A stretch of DNA of 64,000 bases from Cyanophora paradoxa CCMP329 (lineage: Eukaryota > Plantae > Glaucophyta): contig QPMI01000692.1 of assembly GCA_004431415.1 (NCBI GenBank), positions 64,204-128,203 on the forward strand, written 5' to 3'. Made by a program: the position numbers and the translations under genes. Every line of letters begins with the position of its first letter. Position 1 is the stretch's first letter. Below the pieces are notes generated by a model. It did not search any database. It had not been told where the DNA came from and saw only the letters and a list, made by a program, of their open reading frames with translations. Below, piece by piece: positions 1-11,900 of the stretch.

Positions 1-33
1 CAAGCGATCATTCACGATAATACCGGGTATTCT

Positions 34-285
34 GTGCGATGGTGGGTCGAAAAAGCCGATATGATCGATGACCATCCGTTTACTAAATTCCACAAGCGGG
101 CGGCTTTTGAAGAAAAGAAGCGCAAACAGCAAGAGGAGCAAGCGACAAAACCGCCGCCTGTCAAAGATTCGACAACTGTATGCAAAACTTTATCCAAATT
201 TGAGCGTGAGCTTGAAGGTATCCCCAAACTTTCGCAAATTTCGCCCAAGAAAAAGAAAATGTTAATCAAATGTAAGAGAAGATAA
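34..285 (+). CDS. Small basic hypothetical protein (start uncertain, may extend upstream)
   Basis: 83-aa Lys-rich ORF ending 2 nt before the next ATG (virus-like packing). Confidence 0.4.
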   Translation: MRWWVEKADMIDDHPFTKFHKRAAFEEKKRKQQEEQATKPPPVKDSTTVCKTLSKFERELEGIPKLSQISPKKKKMLIKCKRR

Positions 286-287
286 TC

Positions 288-971
288 ATGGTCTACCGAA
301 AGAAGCCTCAAACCATTCAAACGGTCGCTTCTGGTAATCCTAATCGCGGACTTGAAGAGTCTGGATTAACGTCGGGCGGCGGTCTCGAAATGCCCCAATA
401 TCTTATAGACACTTCGCCAGAAGAGGTCGCCAAGCAAGAGGCGATTATTGCGAGTGCCACCGCGGACAAGGGCAACCAAGATAGCGGTAAACGCCGAATG
501 GAGGATTTAGCTACTGTAAAACCACAGATTGGAGGCGGCTCCATCGATGAAGCAACCGACAAAGTACTCAAAGCGCAAGTTGTCGCAAGCCAGCACAAGA
601 CACAAGACGTCCCGAAAGCCGCCGAAACCGAGCTTAAAAAGCGCGGATCCTATCAAAAACACACGGTTCCTGTTGACGTTGTCATGAGCTTCGAAGAGAA
701 AGTGCGAGACCTTGAAATGAAAGTCTCTAACTATGAGAAATGGATGCAAGATTATAACGAACGCAAGAAATTAAAGGGTCTCGTAAAGAAAGAGATCTCC
801 AAACTCGGATTAAAGCAAAAGGTCGACGTAGAGGAGATTAAAAAGGAGGAAAAGACAGATGCGCAAGCCGTTACTCGTCAGCAATCGGTCGCCCCGCAAT
901 ATGCACATATAGTGCCGACTGCACCAGCGAATTTCGCGGCAATGCTCGGTGGTAAACGCCATATCCGCTAA
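288..971 (+). CDS. Hypothetical coiled-coil viral protein
   Basis: 227-aa ATG ORF with charged coiled-coil segment (FEEKVRDLEMKVSNYEKW); imperfect hairpin follows at ~1002-1024. Confidence 0.65.
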   Translation: MVYRKKPQTIQTVASGNPNRGLEESGLTSGGGLEMPQYLIDTSPEEVAKQEAIIASATADKGNQDSGKRRMEDLATVKPQIGGGSIDEATDKVLKAQVVASQHKTQDVPKAAETELKKRGSYQKHTVPVDVVMSFEEKVRDLEMKVSNYEKWMQDYNERKKLKGLVKKEISKLGLKQKVDVEEIKKEEKTDAQAVTRQQSVAPQYAHIVPTAPANFAAMLGGKRHIR

Positions 972-1175
972 TGACTGTGAATATCCGCAAGGCAAAGCTG
1001 AACCCGCCCGTATTTAGAGCGGGTCTTAATATGAACGCCCTTGCAAAACGGGCATGTGGGTTCTGTAAACAGCATTATAAGTTCGACCAACTCATAAGGA
1101 AACACACGAGCAAGCAATAGCCTCATTCCCTTTTATTTTCTCCGATATTTAATACGTTGCCCAATTGTAGGGTCG

Positions 1176-1610
1176 ATGAATTTCATCACACAATGCATCG
1201 AAATGTTTCATTTACATTTCATATCTCACTGTAAGTCCGGATGCTGCGACACAACCGTAGAGGTTGATATTACCGATGAAGACCATGGAGGTAGGCGCCT
1301 TTCTGTATATTCTAACCACAGCGACAATCACAACCACCCACGATCTCGATCACCCTCGCCTGTGACCGCGGCTATGAGTTCCAATATCGAAACCGCTCAG
1401 ATAGAGGACGTGCATGTAGAGCATATTAGAAGGCGCTCATGTCCTGAGTTTGTGGAAGGTCATTTGCGCGCTGACTCCCCTTATCCGATGTATAGATTGG
1501 ATCAAATGGCATTAGGCGACGATGAAAATGTAACGAACCCTTATGTTTATCCTCAGCAACCTTATGTATATCCTCAGCAACAAGAAAGAACCGTCTGGAA
1601 TGGTTATTGA
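1176..1610 (+). CDS. Hypothetical viral protein (HCKSGCC N-terminus)
   Basis: 144-aa ORF preceded by TATTTTCTCCG motif (~1134-1144); internal 21-bp duplication encoding PYVYPQQ twice. Confidence 0.6.
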   Translation: MNFITQCIEMFHLHFISHCKSGCCDTTVEVDITDEDHGGRRLSVYSNHSDNHNHPRSRSPSPVTAAMSSNIETAQIEDVHVEHIRRRSCPEFVEGHLRADSPYPMYRLDQMALGDDENVTNPYVYPQQPYVYPQQQERTVWNGY

Positions 1611-1711
1611 GCGGTGAATTTTGGTGGCGATTGTATCGAGCCAAGGGCAAAAATTGAAGGTTTCGGTTAAAGGTTTTTAAGGGCAAGGGAAATAATACAG
1701 AGTGACAAAAA

Positions 1712-1731
1712 ACTATTTTCTCCGGTTATAG
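1712..1731 (+). promoter_or_regulatory. Putative element promoter motif TATTTTCTCCGGTWA (also ~2283-2297, ~7617-7631, variant ~1134-1146)
   Basis: Near-identical motif a short distance upstream of four ATGs. Confidence 0.7.
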
Positions 1732-1734
1732 TAA

Positions 1735-2148
1735 ATGGCGAAACCCAAGATTTCAAACCAAGAGGCGATGGCGGCACAGCAGGAAAAGCGCAGACCCGGG
1801 CGACCGAAAAAGGTGATCACAGAAGAGGAGAAGGCGGAGAGATTAAGATTAAAACGCGAAAAAGACGCCGAGCGGCAGCGAAACAAGCATCAGAGACAGA
1901 AGGAGGAGCGATTAGCCGCCGGGGAAGCGACTGTATTTACCCCGGAACAGCTACAAAAGATTGCAATTCGTAAACAGCAGCGATACCAAGACGATGAAGA
2001 GTATCGGGAGAAAATCCGAGAGAAGGCAAGGGAATACCAACGCAGAAAGAGAGCGGAACGAAAGCTGTATCCGCCGGTGAAGCCCCAGCCGCAAAAGCCC
2101 GCTGGAAGACCCCGAAAGCATGTGGTCGAGAACGCGAAAAATCCGTAG
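1735..2148 (+). CDS. Basic protein with two AT-hook-like motifs, probable DNA-binding protein
   Basis: RRPGRPKK and PAGRPRK motifs; charged helix; promoter motif immediately upstream. Confidence 0.7.
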   Translation: MAKPKISNQEAMAAQQEKRRPGRPKKVITEEEKAERLRLKREKDAERQRNKHQRQKEERLAAGEATVFTPEQLQKIAIRKQQRYQDDEEYREKIREKAREYQRRKRAERKLYPPVKPQPQKPAGRPRKHVVENAKNP

Positions 2149-2317
2149 CGGAAAGTATCCATACGATGCAAAAAATGATTGATTTTTTACCTCCCTTTTT
2201 ATTCCCCGTATCGGTCAAAAAAGCACTTAAAGAATTGGCGACAAGGGTATGAAAAGGAAAATTTGGTAGATTGCGCCGAAATTATTTTCTCCGGTTATTT
2301 TAAAAGAACTAATAGAG

Positions 2318-5300
2318 ATGCCGCGCGCAACCAAAAAAATCGCTAACAATGTTCGGGACGAAATTATCGGATACATTATGCAGGGATTGAGTCAGGATTT
2401 GCTAACCGAAGAACAGGCGCATTGGGCGATGCACAACACAATGAACCGGAAGCCCAAGCTCCAAACGCTGATAGATATTCGGGATACTCTGAATGGCATC
2501 ATTAATCCCCGCGTTTTCCGCAGGGCAGAGCGGAAAGAGAAGCGCGCCGCTCGCACCCAAGTTAATATAGAAAAGCAAAAGCAAAAAGAACAAGAGGCGA
2601 AGCGTTTACAGCGCTTCGATCGCAAACAAAAACAGAAACGGGCGAAAGAGAAGAAGCTTCAAGCGAAGCAACTTAAAGAAGAGCGTAAAGCGTTAGAGGA
2701 TGCGATTAAACGCATTATTCTCGATCCAATCGCCGCATACGATCCGGAAACTCTCGCAACAATTACGTTCAAGCTATGGGGACCTGGATCCGGTGCTCGG
2801 TCGTCGGAGGTAATTGTTATTCCCGGAATTCCCGGAACATATATAAAAGACAGAACCTTTGTCACCTACAAGAATATAAGAGAGACAGTTTCGGTGAGGG
2901 TGTTGCGAAACTTTGCTCTGGCAAAAATCGATAGAGTGTATGGAATTCTCACCGCTCAAAATCGTTATTATTCGGAAGAGAGAGAGATTCAATCTTCGAT
3001 TTACTCGAAAACTACGATGAATTGAAGATTGGTCTGGGAACTTTCGCACAAGCATACGAGATGTTCTTCTTTAAGACACCACCAACCGAGGAACAGAAAA
3101 AACTACGCAAAGGTTTCGATGATTTTGGCGGCAGTGTCGATGATGCCTTTATAACTGTTCATGAGGTCGTGATCTATGGGGACGAAGGTGTCGAAGATGA
3201 CGGAGCCGGTGCTATACCTGGAAATCGCTATGGGTTTCTGGATGAGGAGCTTACGGACAGTATGCGATGCACCGCGATTATGAGCAAATTCACAGACTAC
3301 ACATTAAATCCAAACGCGTCTGAGTTCGAAGATATTATTGAGCTTCCCAAATCATCGACATCTAACGCTTGCGGCTATGATATGATCATCTCCACATGGG
3401 GAGCGTCCATTAAAAAGTGTCAGGAGGCGCCAAAACCGCGATATACTGACTTAACTATGTCGTACGACGGTCTCTATAAATTCTTTCACGGTCGTGAACG
3501 CACACCTGGCGACTCTCTGGCTCTCACGCTCCGCCACATCGAGAAATTCTGTAAGAGAATCCAGACAGGCTTCCGCGTCTTTGATGTCGACGGAAAGTTA
3601 GTATACAAATTCGCGGCGGAATCAATTAACAAAAACATCTTTCCCCGCAATATTCACTTTATGATTCACAACAAGCATATTTATATATTCAACGATAACA
3701 TCAAGTCGCTCGAAATGCGCATGGCAAAGATGGAGGTCGAAGAGCTCGATGATCATGTTCCTAAGTCGACCTCTTCGTTAGCACTATACAAAATTCCGAC
3801 GTGTCTTACTCACGATATCTTCGCGCACACATCCAAGGATCTGTTAAAGATCACGCAATTAAAACTATCGCCCGACGAGCGCAGTTTCATCCGCATTCTT
3901 TATACTGGGCGCGAAGGTCTGGAAGGTCTTCTATTTACGTTCCTGAAAATGCGATATGAGCCCGCTGTGAAGCTAACACCATCGAAACAAATCGACAGCA
4001 TCACATTCAAAGCTAATGGCTCGATGTTCTCTATCAAAGATCCACGCACAACATCCACGCACAACAGACCACTTTATTGAGCAAGATTTCGAAACAGAAG
4101 AGTATTATAATAAGGTCTGTGAAATCGGTAAGGGGTTCCGCGAGTCGCTACTAAATGCGACGAATATCTCACATTACAGTCCGAACATGCGCGAAATTCT
4201 CACGCACTACAAGCGATCCGCACTAAGCGGCTTTTTCTATAAGCCGAACCCGAAAGCTACCTACACAGCTGTCGATATGGCGAAGTGCTACCCTTCGATA
4301 CTGAAAGGCATGCAATATCTTCCGAAATACAATGTATTCGATGACTTCGTTCCCTTTAAAGCGGGAAGCGATATTCTCGAATACGCGATCTACTACGTGC
4401 GCGTGGTCGCGTTTGAGAGAGAGCAAGCGACTTTCGCCGACGACGAGGACATTGATTATGATGCCGCCGTTTCCCGCAAGATTGATGGAATCGAAATTAT
4501 TCTGGATCGCGCATTTTCCGTGAGTGGTCGCTGTTATAATTTCATGACAGGCTACACTCTCTCCATGCATTGGGCGGACGTAAAGGACAAGATAGAGATT
4601 ATCGCGGTCGCGGAGCCTTCGCATTTGGTGCCCAATACGTCGATCGCTGAGATGCAAAAAGTGCTGTCAAGCGACATTCAAACCACAGATAAGAAGCACA
4701 TTTTAGTGAAAGAGATCGGAATGCTCGGCAAATTCCAAGACTCGCAAACATCCACGAAAATGTTCTACAACCGTGCCGAGGCTGAGAGGTTCGCCCAAGA
4801 ATGCGGAGGAACAGTAGAGGTGTTTACTTTCAATCCTAAGAATTCGAAACGTGTCAAAACTCTTAGCGAATTCGAAGGTCACATCTATTTCGTTAAGATC
4901 AGCTCCCACCGCGAGCTCGTTAACGGATTCCTTCCTATCCACTTTCATATTTACGATCGTAACCGTGCCAATATGTTTGCGCAATACAAGCGCCTGACAG
5001 CGCGCGGGCACAAGGTTGCCGGGATCAGAACGGACTGTCTATATATCGAAGGTTCATGGACAAGTAAGAAAGAGTTCGACCGAAATGCGTTTGAGAACAT
5101 GGGCAAATTCAGCTATATTCCCGGGAAAAGATGCCCTGAGAATGCACTCCGCCCACCGCGGGGTGTAACTCTCGAATTTCAGGATCCCGAGACACTCATT
5201 AACCGGTTCTCGCTGAGGGACGAATTTAATCCGGAGTGCTTTCATTGGGTTGCGGAGCTCCATTAACGTCCTGAGTCTACGCATAACGTCCTGAGTCTAC

Positions 5301-6202
5301 GCATTAACAAGCGGCACAAGAAGGAGACAGACCGTGAATTAATTCGGGCGATTAAAGAGGATCTCTTCGAAAACGGACTCGAAGCCTCACAGATCATTTC
5401 AAAATACGGCTTACCGACAATTAATGATCTAAACGCTATTCCCGACGGCTACTTTGGCATCGCTTACAGAAACGAAATGACCTTAGCCTATAACAAACTG
5501 ATGCACGATAGACGGAAAGTAAATATTGCAACCGTAGAGGTCAACGGTATCAAATTCTACAAAGGTCTGGAAGTCGTTTGTCGCGGGTATCTACGCATTT
5601 CGCGATCTGAGGGTGAGTCTATTAATGCATACACAAATTACACCTATCGAATCACCAAAATCACAAAGCAAATGGTCACATTAACTGACGTTTTCGATGG
5701 CGTCACGTTCGAGGTTCCGTGCGCGATGTTAGAACATTTTTCTCTCCCTTATGCAGGAACAGGTCATTCAACGCAAGGTCTCACACTTGATTCGGGCATT
5801 GTCATTTGTGAGGCTACGTTCCGCTATACCACTCGCGAATGGTTCTATACCGCTCTCACTCGTAACCGCGATCTGTCCACTGTGCTGATTTATACACCGA
5901 TTCACAGATTCCAAGGAAAGAGCGACTACATCGAATATCTGAAAACGAAGATCCGCGGATATAAATGTCAGGATCAGCGTGCCGGGCGCGATTTCGACGA
6001 AGCGGATTATATTACGCCGGAGTGGATATTAGAGCGCAAGAAGCAACAGAAGGGCGCCTGTGCGATCTGTTCCCTTCCGATTCCGATTGAGCCGCAAGAT
6101 CCGAATTACAAGCTCGTCGTGGATCGCATTAACAACAGGCGCCCACATCTTAAAGACAATTGTCAACTCGCGCATCACGGGTGCAATTGCAGCAAAAAAT
6201 AA
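2318..6202 (+). pseudogene. Disrupted polyprotein: N-terminal domain / putative vOTU protease / protein-primed family B DNA polymerase / SF1 helicase C-half / HNH nuclease
   Basis: PolB motifs A (AVDMAKCYPSIL), B-like (KHILVKEIGMLGK) and C (GIRTDCLY) in 4016-5266. SF1 motifs LSLRINKR, YAGTGHSTQGLT and YTALTRNR after 5282. HNH CAIC...VDRINN...NCQLAHHGCN. Frames rejoin if slippage duplications at ~2976-2987 and 4040-4065 are removed. Confidence 0.8.
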
Positions 6203-6220
6203 ACAGGTTTAATTAGAAGA

Positions 6221-7603
6221 ATGTCACGGATCGTTAGAAGGGTAGCGGGCGAGGAAACGGAGACCACCATACTACCTATCGCGGTTCCTGAAACTGAGCA
6301 AGTCCCCCAAAAAATTACAAAACGCCAAGCAAAATCAAATTTATTAGGATATGTTCCTTTTAGCATTGCTAACCCGTCCTCTAAGATCGTGCGACGCATG
6401 TATGACCCAAAGACAGGTTTTAAGAACCCGTCCGCGATATACGAAGAGCTGAGAAAAGAGGACAAGACCCTCACACTGAAAGAAGTGCAAGATGTCGCAG
6501 CGAAACAGGAATTTATGCAGATCAACAAGAAGCCCCCCGCACCGACCCAAACCGCTTTCATTCCCATCACAGCCCCGCCGTGGTGCTATCAAGCGGATCT
6601 CATTTTTTATCTCTCATATGGCAATTATAATTCCGGCTACATTGCAGTCCTTACTCTCATTGAGATGACAAGCCGAAAAGCATATGCCAAGAAGTTAAAA
6701 AATAAGGAGGGCGCAAGTGTTGCCGCCGCTTTTGCGGAGATGCTCACAGAGCTTCCGGCTCCAATGAATCGATTGGAGACAGATAACGGCTCAGAATTCA
6801 TCGCGAAGGAGTTTCAGGAGGTCGTAAAAAATAATGGAATAGAGCACCGCTTTAAACAGGTCGGAGATCACACTTCGCTGGGAATTATGAATCGCTTTCA
6901 TTTGACCTTAAAAACGATGATAAATAATTACTGTGTCGCTTATAACACAGTGCGATTTATGGATAAATTGGACGACTTCGTTTTCAATTATAATAACACC
7001 ATTCACAGAACCATAGGAATGAAACCCGCGGATGTTAAGCTTTCTGATATGGAGCGGATCCGAGCGGCTATTATTTCAAGGAAGAACACAATCGTAAAGG
7101 ATATATTCAGCGACTTTAAGCCGGGTCTCCACGTCCGTGTATTATAGCCGAGATCAAAGTTTGATAAAGGAGCAACACAAAGGTATAGCCGAGAGGTCTA
7201 CAAAATTGCGGGAAGGAGAGGAAACGCGATAGAGGTGCAAGATGCAGCCGGGAACGTAATGCCGAAGCTTTTTAAGCCGCACGAGTTGCAAATCATTACA
7301 GAGGTCGAAGCTGTGGTGGAGCCATCAGGCAACGCTATTTTAGCGGCTGATGTAGAGGCAGCTTCTATCCGGCAGGTTCAAAAAGAAGGCATAGATGTCG
7401 CAGCAAGTGTTCCAAAAGGCGCATTATTGGAAAATCGCGCAGAAAAGACAAAGAGGGCGCTGAGAGAGCTCGCTAAACTCACGATTGCCGGCACTGAGAA
7501 GCTCTCTGAGGTAAACAGTCAGCGGTGGTATAAATCATTCAAGAATCAGAGCGCAAGCTATACAGCCCCTACTACGCGCATTCTTCGGTCATCTCGTTCA
7601 TAA
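6221..7603 (+). pseudogene. Retroviral-like (rve, DDE) integrase of Polinton type with in-frame TAG at 7145-7147
   Basis: YQADL, ETDNGSEF, NRFHLTLK and YNNTIHRTIGMKP motifs; past the stop the same frame reads PRSKFDKGATQRYSREVYKI (typical Polinton integrase C-terminal region) and joins ORF 7235-7603. Confidence 0.85.
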
Positions 7604-7642
7604 CAAACCCCGAAATTATTTTCTCCGGTAAATATAAAAGAG

Positions 7643-7957
7643 ATGGAGGGTGAAAAGCATTTCGTGGATATTCCGTATGATAAAAAAGACGTTGCGAAAT
7701 CCCTCGGTGGAAAGTGGGATCGTGAGAATTCATGCTGGTATGTCACGAAAAAAGATCACTCTCTATGCTCTCAGTTCAAAACTCTAAGCTATGAGCAAGT
7801 GTATCAAAGAAACGTGAAGGTTTACCTCGATATTCCTTATGAATTTAAGGATCAAGCGAAGGCTGAGAAAGCCCGCTGGGATCCCGTTATGAAATCCTGG
7901 TATGTCATGGGTCTCGATCACCCGCTAATGGGCAAGTTTCCGATCAAGGAGCATTAA
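7643..7957 (+). CDS. Tandem DUF5710-domain protein
   Basis: Two copies of the D-I-P-Y-x-x-K-D-x-A-K-x-x-x-x-x-W-D-x(5)-W-Y-V pattern. Confidence 0.8.
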   Translation: MEGEKHFVDIPYDKKDVAKSLGGKWDRENSCWYVTKKDHSLCSQFKTLSYEQVYQRNVKVYLDIPYEFKDQAKAEKARWDPVMKSWYVMGLDHPLMGKFPIKEH

Positions 7958-7981
7958 TGTATATGTCGTTTTTTTCATTTT

Positions 7982-8374
7982 TTATGAAATTGGGAACCTT
8001 TGCTCGACCTGTAAGTCCCACTTTCGCACTTTCAGCCTTTCTTGTATGAGTTCGTTAATGTCCCGTGCTATACCCATCGTCTTTGCTTCGGCATTTGAGC
8101 CGCATGTAAAGATATCGATCGCTAATAGCCCCTGGTCGCTATAAGAGTGAGCTGTGGCATGCGACTCATCTAATAGAAAGCCAATCGCGAAACCGGGAGG
8201 GGAAATAGAGCCATCGAAAATGCATGTGTGCTGGTGCACGATGCGCATATTGCGATCTGTGATATATTGCGATAGGTTCGCTGTGATCCACTCGGCGCAT
8301 GCCTCCGGGGACTCAGTAAACGGCTCGGTTATATAGTCGAGCATAACGTGGTAGCCGCGGTATCGGGAATCCAT
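7982..8374 (-). CDS. speD: Prokaryotic-type (class 1b) S-adenosylmethionine decarboxylase proenzyme
   Basis: GYHVMLD N-terminus, PPG, autocleavage site LLDE|SHATAHSY, and IDIFTCG with catalytic Cys; 130 aa, open frame. Confidence 0.88.
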   Translation of the reverse strand: MDSRYRGYHVMLDYITEPFTESPEACAEWITANLSQYITDRNMRIVHQHTCIFDGSISPPGFAIGFLLDESHATAHSYSDQGLLAIDIFTCGSNAEAKTMGIARDINELIQERLKVRKWDLQVEQRFPIS

Positions 8375-8758
8375 TATTATTTAAGTCGATATTTTTGTAA
8401 GCTATGTGGTTTCGTAGCCGCCAAATCGCGCCCTTTGCGAATCTGACCGCGCCGCTTTGTAGTAGCGTAGAACTACTCTATACGCGCGCGGATGCAAAGT
8501 ATAACTAGTGGAGCCTCACGGGAACGCGCGCCGGCGCTCAGAATGTAGCGGACACCTCCGTTTTCGGGCACTTGTGTAGAAATCGAAGTCGGTCTTTGCT
8601 TCACGGTGGGCTTAGCTAGTCAAAGCATAACCATCATGCCCGGAATCAAGGTGTGAGCACGTAGCAATTAAGAGCGCGCCGAGATCGGCTTCCTGTCCAA
8701 AGTTATGCCCGGAAAACGGAAGGGGGTCTCCGCGAAGTCGCGATCGCGATGTTATCGA

Positions 8759-8840
8759 GTCGGGACTCGGGACTCGGGACTCGGAACTCGGGACTCCGGG
8801 ACTCGGGACTCCGGACTCGGGGCTCGGGACTCGGGACTCC
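8759..8840 (+). repeat. ~7-bp (CGGGACT)n minisatellite, about 11 copies
   Basis: cgggact cgggact cggaact cgggact... read directly. Confidence 0.9.
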
Positions 8841-8975
8841 AACTTTGCAACTTAAAAAATGCAACCGACGGGGGTCAGAGGCTTAGAGCCCCGCGATCGT
8901 TTTTTTAAAAATATGCATTTTACACATTATTTATTGAGCCTATGAAACTTATTCAAAAGCCTATTATTATTTATT

Positions 8976-11900
8976 AACAAGATCCGTGCTCCTGCGGAGC
9001 ACTAAGTACGGCGAAGCCTCGCGGACGCCCTCGCAGCTGTCACAGTAGGCCTACAGGGCACCCACCGACTGCCAGGCTGGCCAGCGGCCTGGCCGATCGC
9101 GAACAGCTTTCTGGCTGGAAGCTGGCTGGCTGACGGCCAGTCCAGCTAGCGCTGGCCGGCTAGAGGAATATTAATGTACTGAGGAAATAAAGGGTGGAGC
9201 AGATTGAGAGGAGATTAATTATATAATATTGTTGGGAAGGAGGCCCGGGAGGAGCGAAGTTCCCGCGGCCAGGCGCATGCACATGCGTAGAGCTTGCGAA
9301 TCTCTTAGAATGCATATGCTATCAATGTGGAGGGCTGCGGAGGCGAGGGCGCACGGAAATATGTGCAGGCCTGTGCAGGATCGAAAATTTGGCGTCGGCT
9401 GGGTTCTTGTGCTCTTTCGCCCCCAGAGAGCTTGCGCAAAGCTTGGAAAAGCTCTCAAATGAATACTGTACGGATGGGCATGCGTGAGGATGCGATGGGC
9501 ATTCGAAGCTTGTGGAAGGCTTTTAAAACATCTCTGATGAATATTGTAGCGATGCCCGTGCGTGAGGATGCGAGGGCGCGCGGAAAGATGTGCAGGTCTG
9601 TCCAGGATCGAATTTTCGGGGTCGGCTGGGTCCCCGCGGCCCGGCGCATCCGTAAAGCGTGCGGAAGGCTTCTTCTACATCTCAAATGCTTATGCTATTG
9701 TTCCGCGCATGCACCGCGGCGTGGGCGCGCGGAAAGATGTCCGGGCCCGTGCAGGATCGAATTTTTGCCGCCGGCTGGGTTCTCGTGCTCTTTCGCGTCT
9801 TCGAAGCTTGTGGAAGGCTTTGATAAAATCCCAAATGAATATAGTAGCGATGTGCTTGCGTGAGGATGCGAGGGCGCGCGGAAAGACGTGCAGGTCCGTG
9901 AAGGATCGTATTTTCGGGGTCGGCTGGGTCCTCGCGGCCCGGCGCATCCGTAAACCGTGCGGAATGCTTTGTCTACATCTCAAATGCTTATGCTATTGTT
10001 CCGCGCATGCGCCGCGGCGTGGGCGCGCGGAAAGATATCCGGGTCCGTGCAGGATCGAATTTTTGCCGTCCGCTGGGTTCTCGTGCTCTTTCGCGTCTTC
10101 GAAGCTTGTGGAAGGCTTTGATAAAATCTCAAATGAATATTGTAGCGATGCGCATGCGCGAGAATGCGAGGGCGCGCGGAAAGATGTTCAGGTCCGTCCA
10201 GGATCGAATTTTCGGGGTCGGCTGGGTCCTCGCGGCCTGGTGCATTTAGAGACCGTGCGGAAGTCTTCTTCTACATCTTAAATGCTTATGCTATCGTTCC
10301 GCGCGTGCGCCGCGGCGTGGGCGCGCGGAAAGATGTCCGGGCCCGTGTGGGATCGAATTTTTGCCGTCGGGTACCTTCCTGCGCTGTTCCGGCTCCGAAA
10401 AGCGGATTTCGGGGGTGCGCAGGCCGTGCTATGTCTATACGCGCCAGTACGCGTCGATTGCGCGCGTCGCGGGACCGGCCGGAACCGGGAGGATCAAATT
10501 TCGGCGTACTGTTCGGACTGCAGCGTCGAGGGCGCCCGAAATCGAGCTTGCGGCGATGCGCTCGCCCTCGCCCGTCATTCTGTATCGTTCTGGGGCGTCC
10601 CTGGCGCGATTTCGTTGCGGGACCGGGTCCCACCTTCTGACTCGGACTGCATTTGTCGGAGGTTAAGTACCGGAATTGATCCAGAGGGAAATTCGATTTT
10701 CGCGCGACGCCCACGGGGGAGCGGTCGTCTTAGGGGAGCCAGGACGCTAAAAATGGATCTAGAGAGGTCTGTGGGGGTTCGGGTGGCTGAGTGACTAGCG
10801 GCAATCGTGTCCGTGTCGAGGCAGAATTAATAATTCTGTCTCGAGGGAGTGCGACACGGAAATTATTCGGCAGGGGGGATCTCGAGTGGAAAAAAAGGTT
10901 AAAAAAGGAATTTGGATCGGCGGTTTTTGGTTTTGAGACAAGATCCGTGCTCCTGCGGAGCACTAAGTACGGCGAAGCCTCGCGGACGCCCTCATGGCTG
11001 TCACACTAGGCCTAGCGCACCGGCCAGCGGCCGGCCCGGCCGGGCCGATCGTGAACAGCGCTGGCCCGGGCCGGGAAGCTGGCGGCCAGCTGCAGCCCCA
11101 CTTGTACTGGCCCGGCCAGCTAGAGGAATATGAAGGGGAGGGGTACCGGTTGGACTGGCTTTTAACTGGTGGAGCAGATTGAGAGCTCGAGGAGATTAAT
11201 TATAAAATATTGTTGGGAGGGAGGCCCGGGAGGGGCGAGGTTCTCGTGGCCAGGCGCATGCACAGAGCTTGGGAATCGCTTAAACAGAACCTAGAATGCA
11301 TATAGCATCGATGTGCAGGGGTGCGGAGGCAAGGGCACGCGGAAAGCTGTGCAGGCCTGGCCAGGATCGAATTTTAATTTCGGGGTCGGCTGGATTGCCA
11401 CGCCCTGTCGCGCCCGCAGAGCTTGCGAAAAGCTTTCAAAAGATCTCTGATAAATATTGTAGCGTTTTCCATACATGAGGACGCGAGGGCGCGCGGAAAG
11501 CTGTGCAGGACCGTCCAGGATCGAATTTTCGGGGTCGGCTGGGTCCCCGCGGCCCGGCGCATCCGTAAAGCGTGCGGAAGGCTTCTTCTACATCTCAAAT
11601 GCTTATGCTATTGTTCCGCGCATGCACCGCGGCGTGGGCGCGCGGAAAGATGTCCGGGCCCGTGCAGGATCGAATTTTTGCCGCCGGCTGGGTTCTCGTG
11701 CTCTTTCGCGTCTTCGAAGCTTGTGGAAGGCTTTGATAAAATCCCAAATGAATATAGTAGCGATGTGCTTGCGTGAGGATGCGAGGGCGCGCGGAAAGAC
11801 GTGCAGGTCCGTGAAGGATCGTATTTTCGGGTCGGCTGGGTCCTCGCGGCCCGGCGCATCCGTAAACCGTGCGGAATGCTTTGTCTACATCTCAAATGCT

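Noticed and set aside
1650-1657. AAAATTGA mimivirus early-promoter octamer upstream of ORF 1735
   Set aside because: Only one occurrence noticed, in AT-rich DNA; compatible with chance.
7145-7147. Stop-codon reassignment (TAG read-through)
   Set aside because: Single instance; TAG terminates other ORFs (e.g. 2148, 53131) and the same element has other inactivating lesions.
6221-7603. LTR retrotransposon interpretation of the integrase
   Set aside because: No gag, RT, RNase H or LTRs; the neighbour is a protein-primed PolB, which fits a Polinton/PLV.
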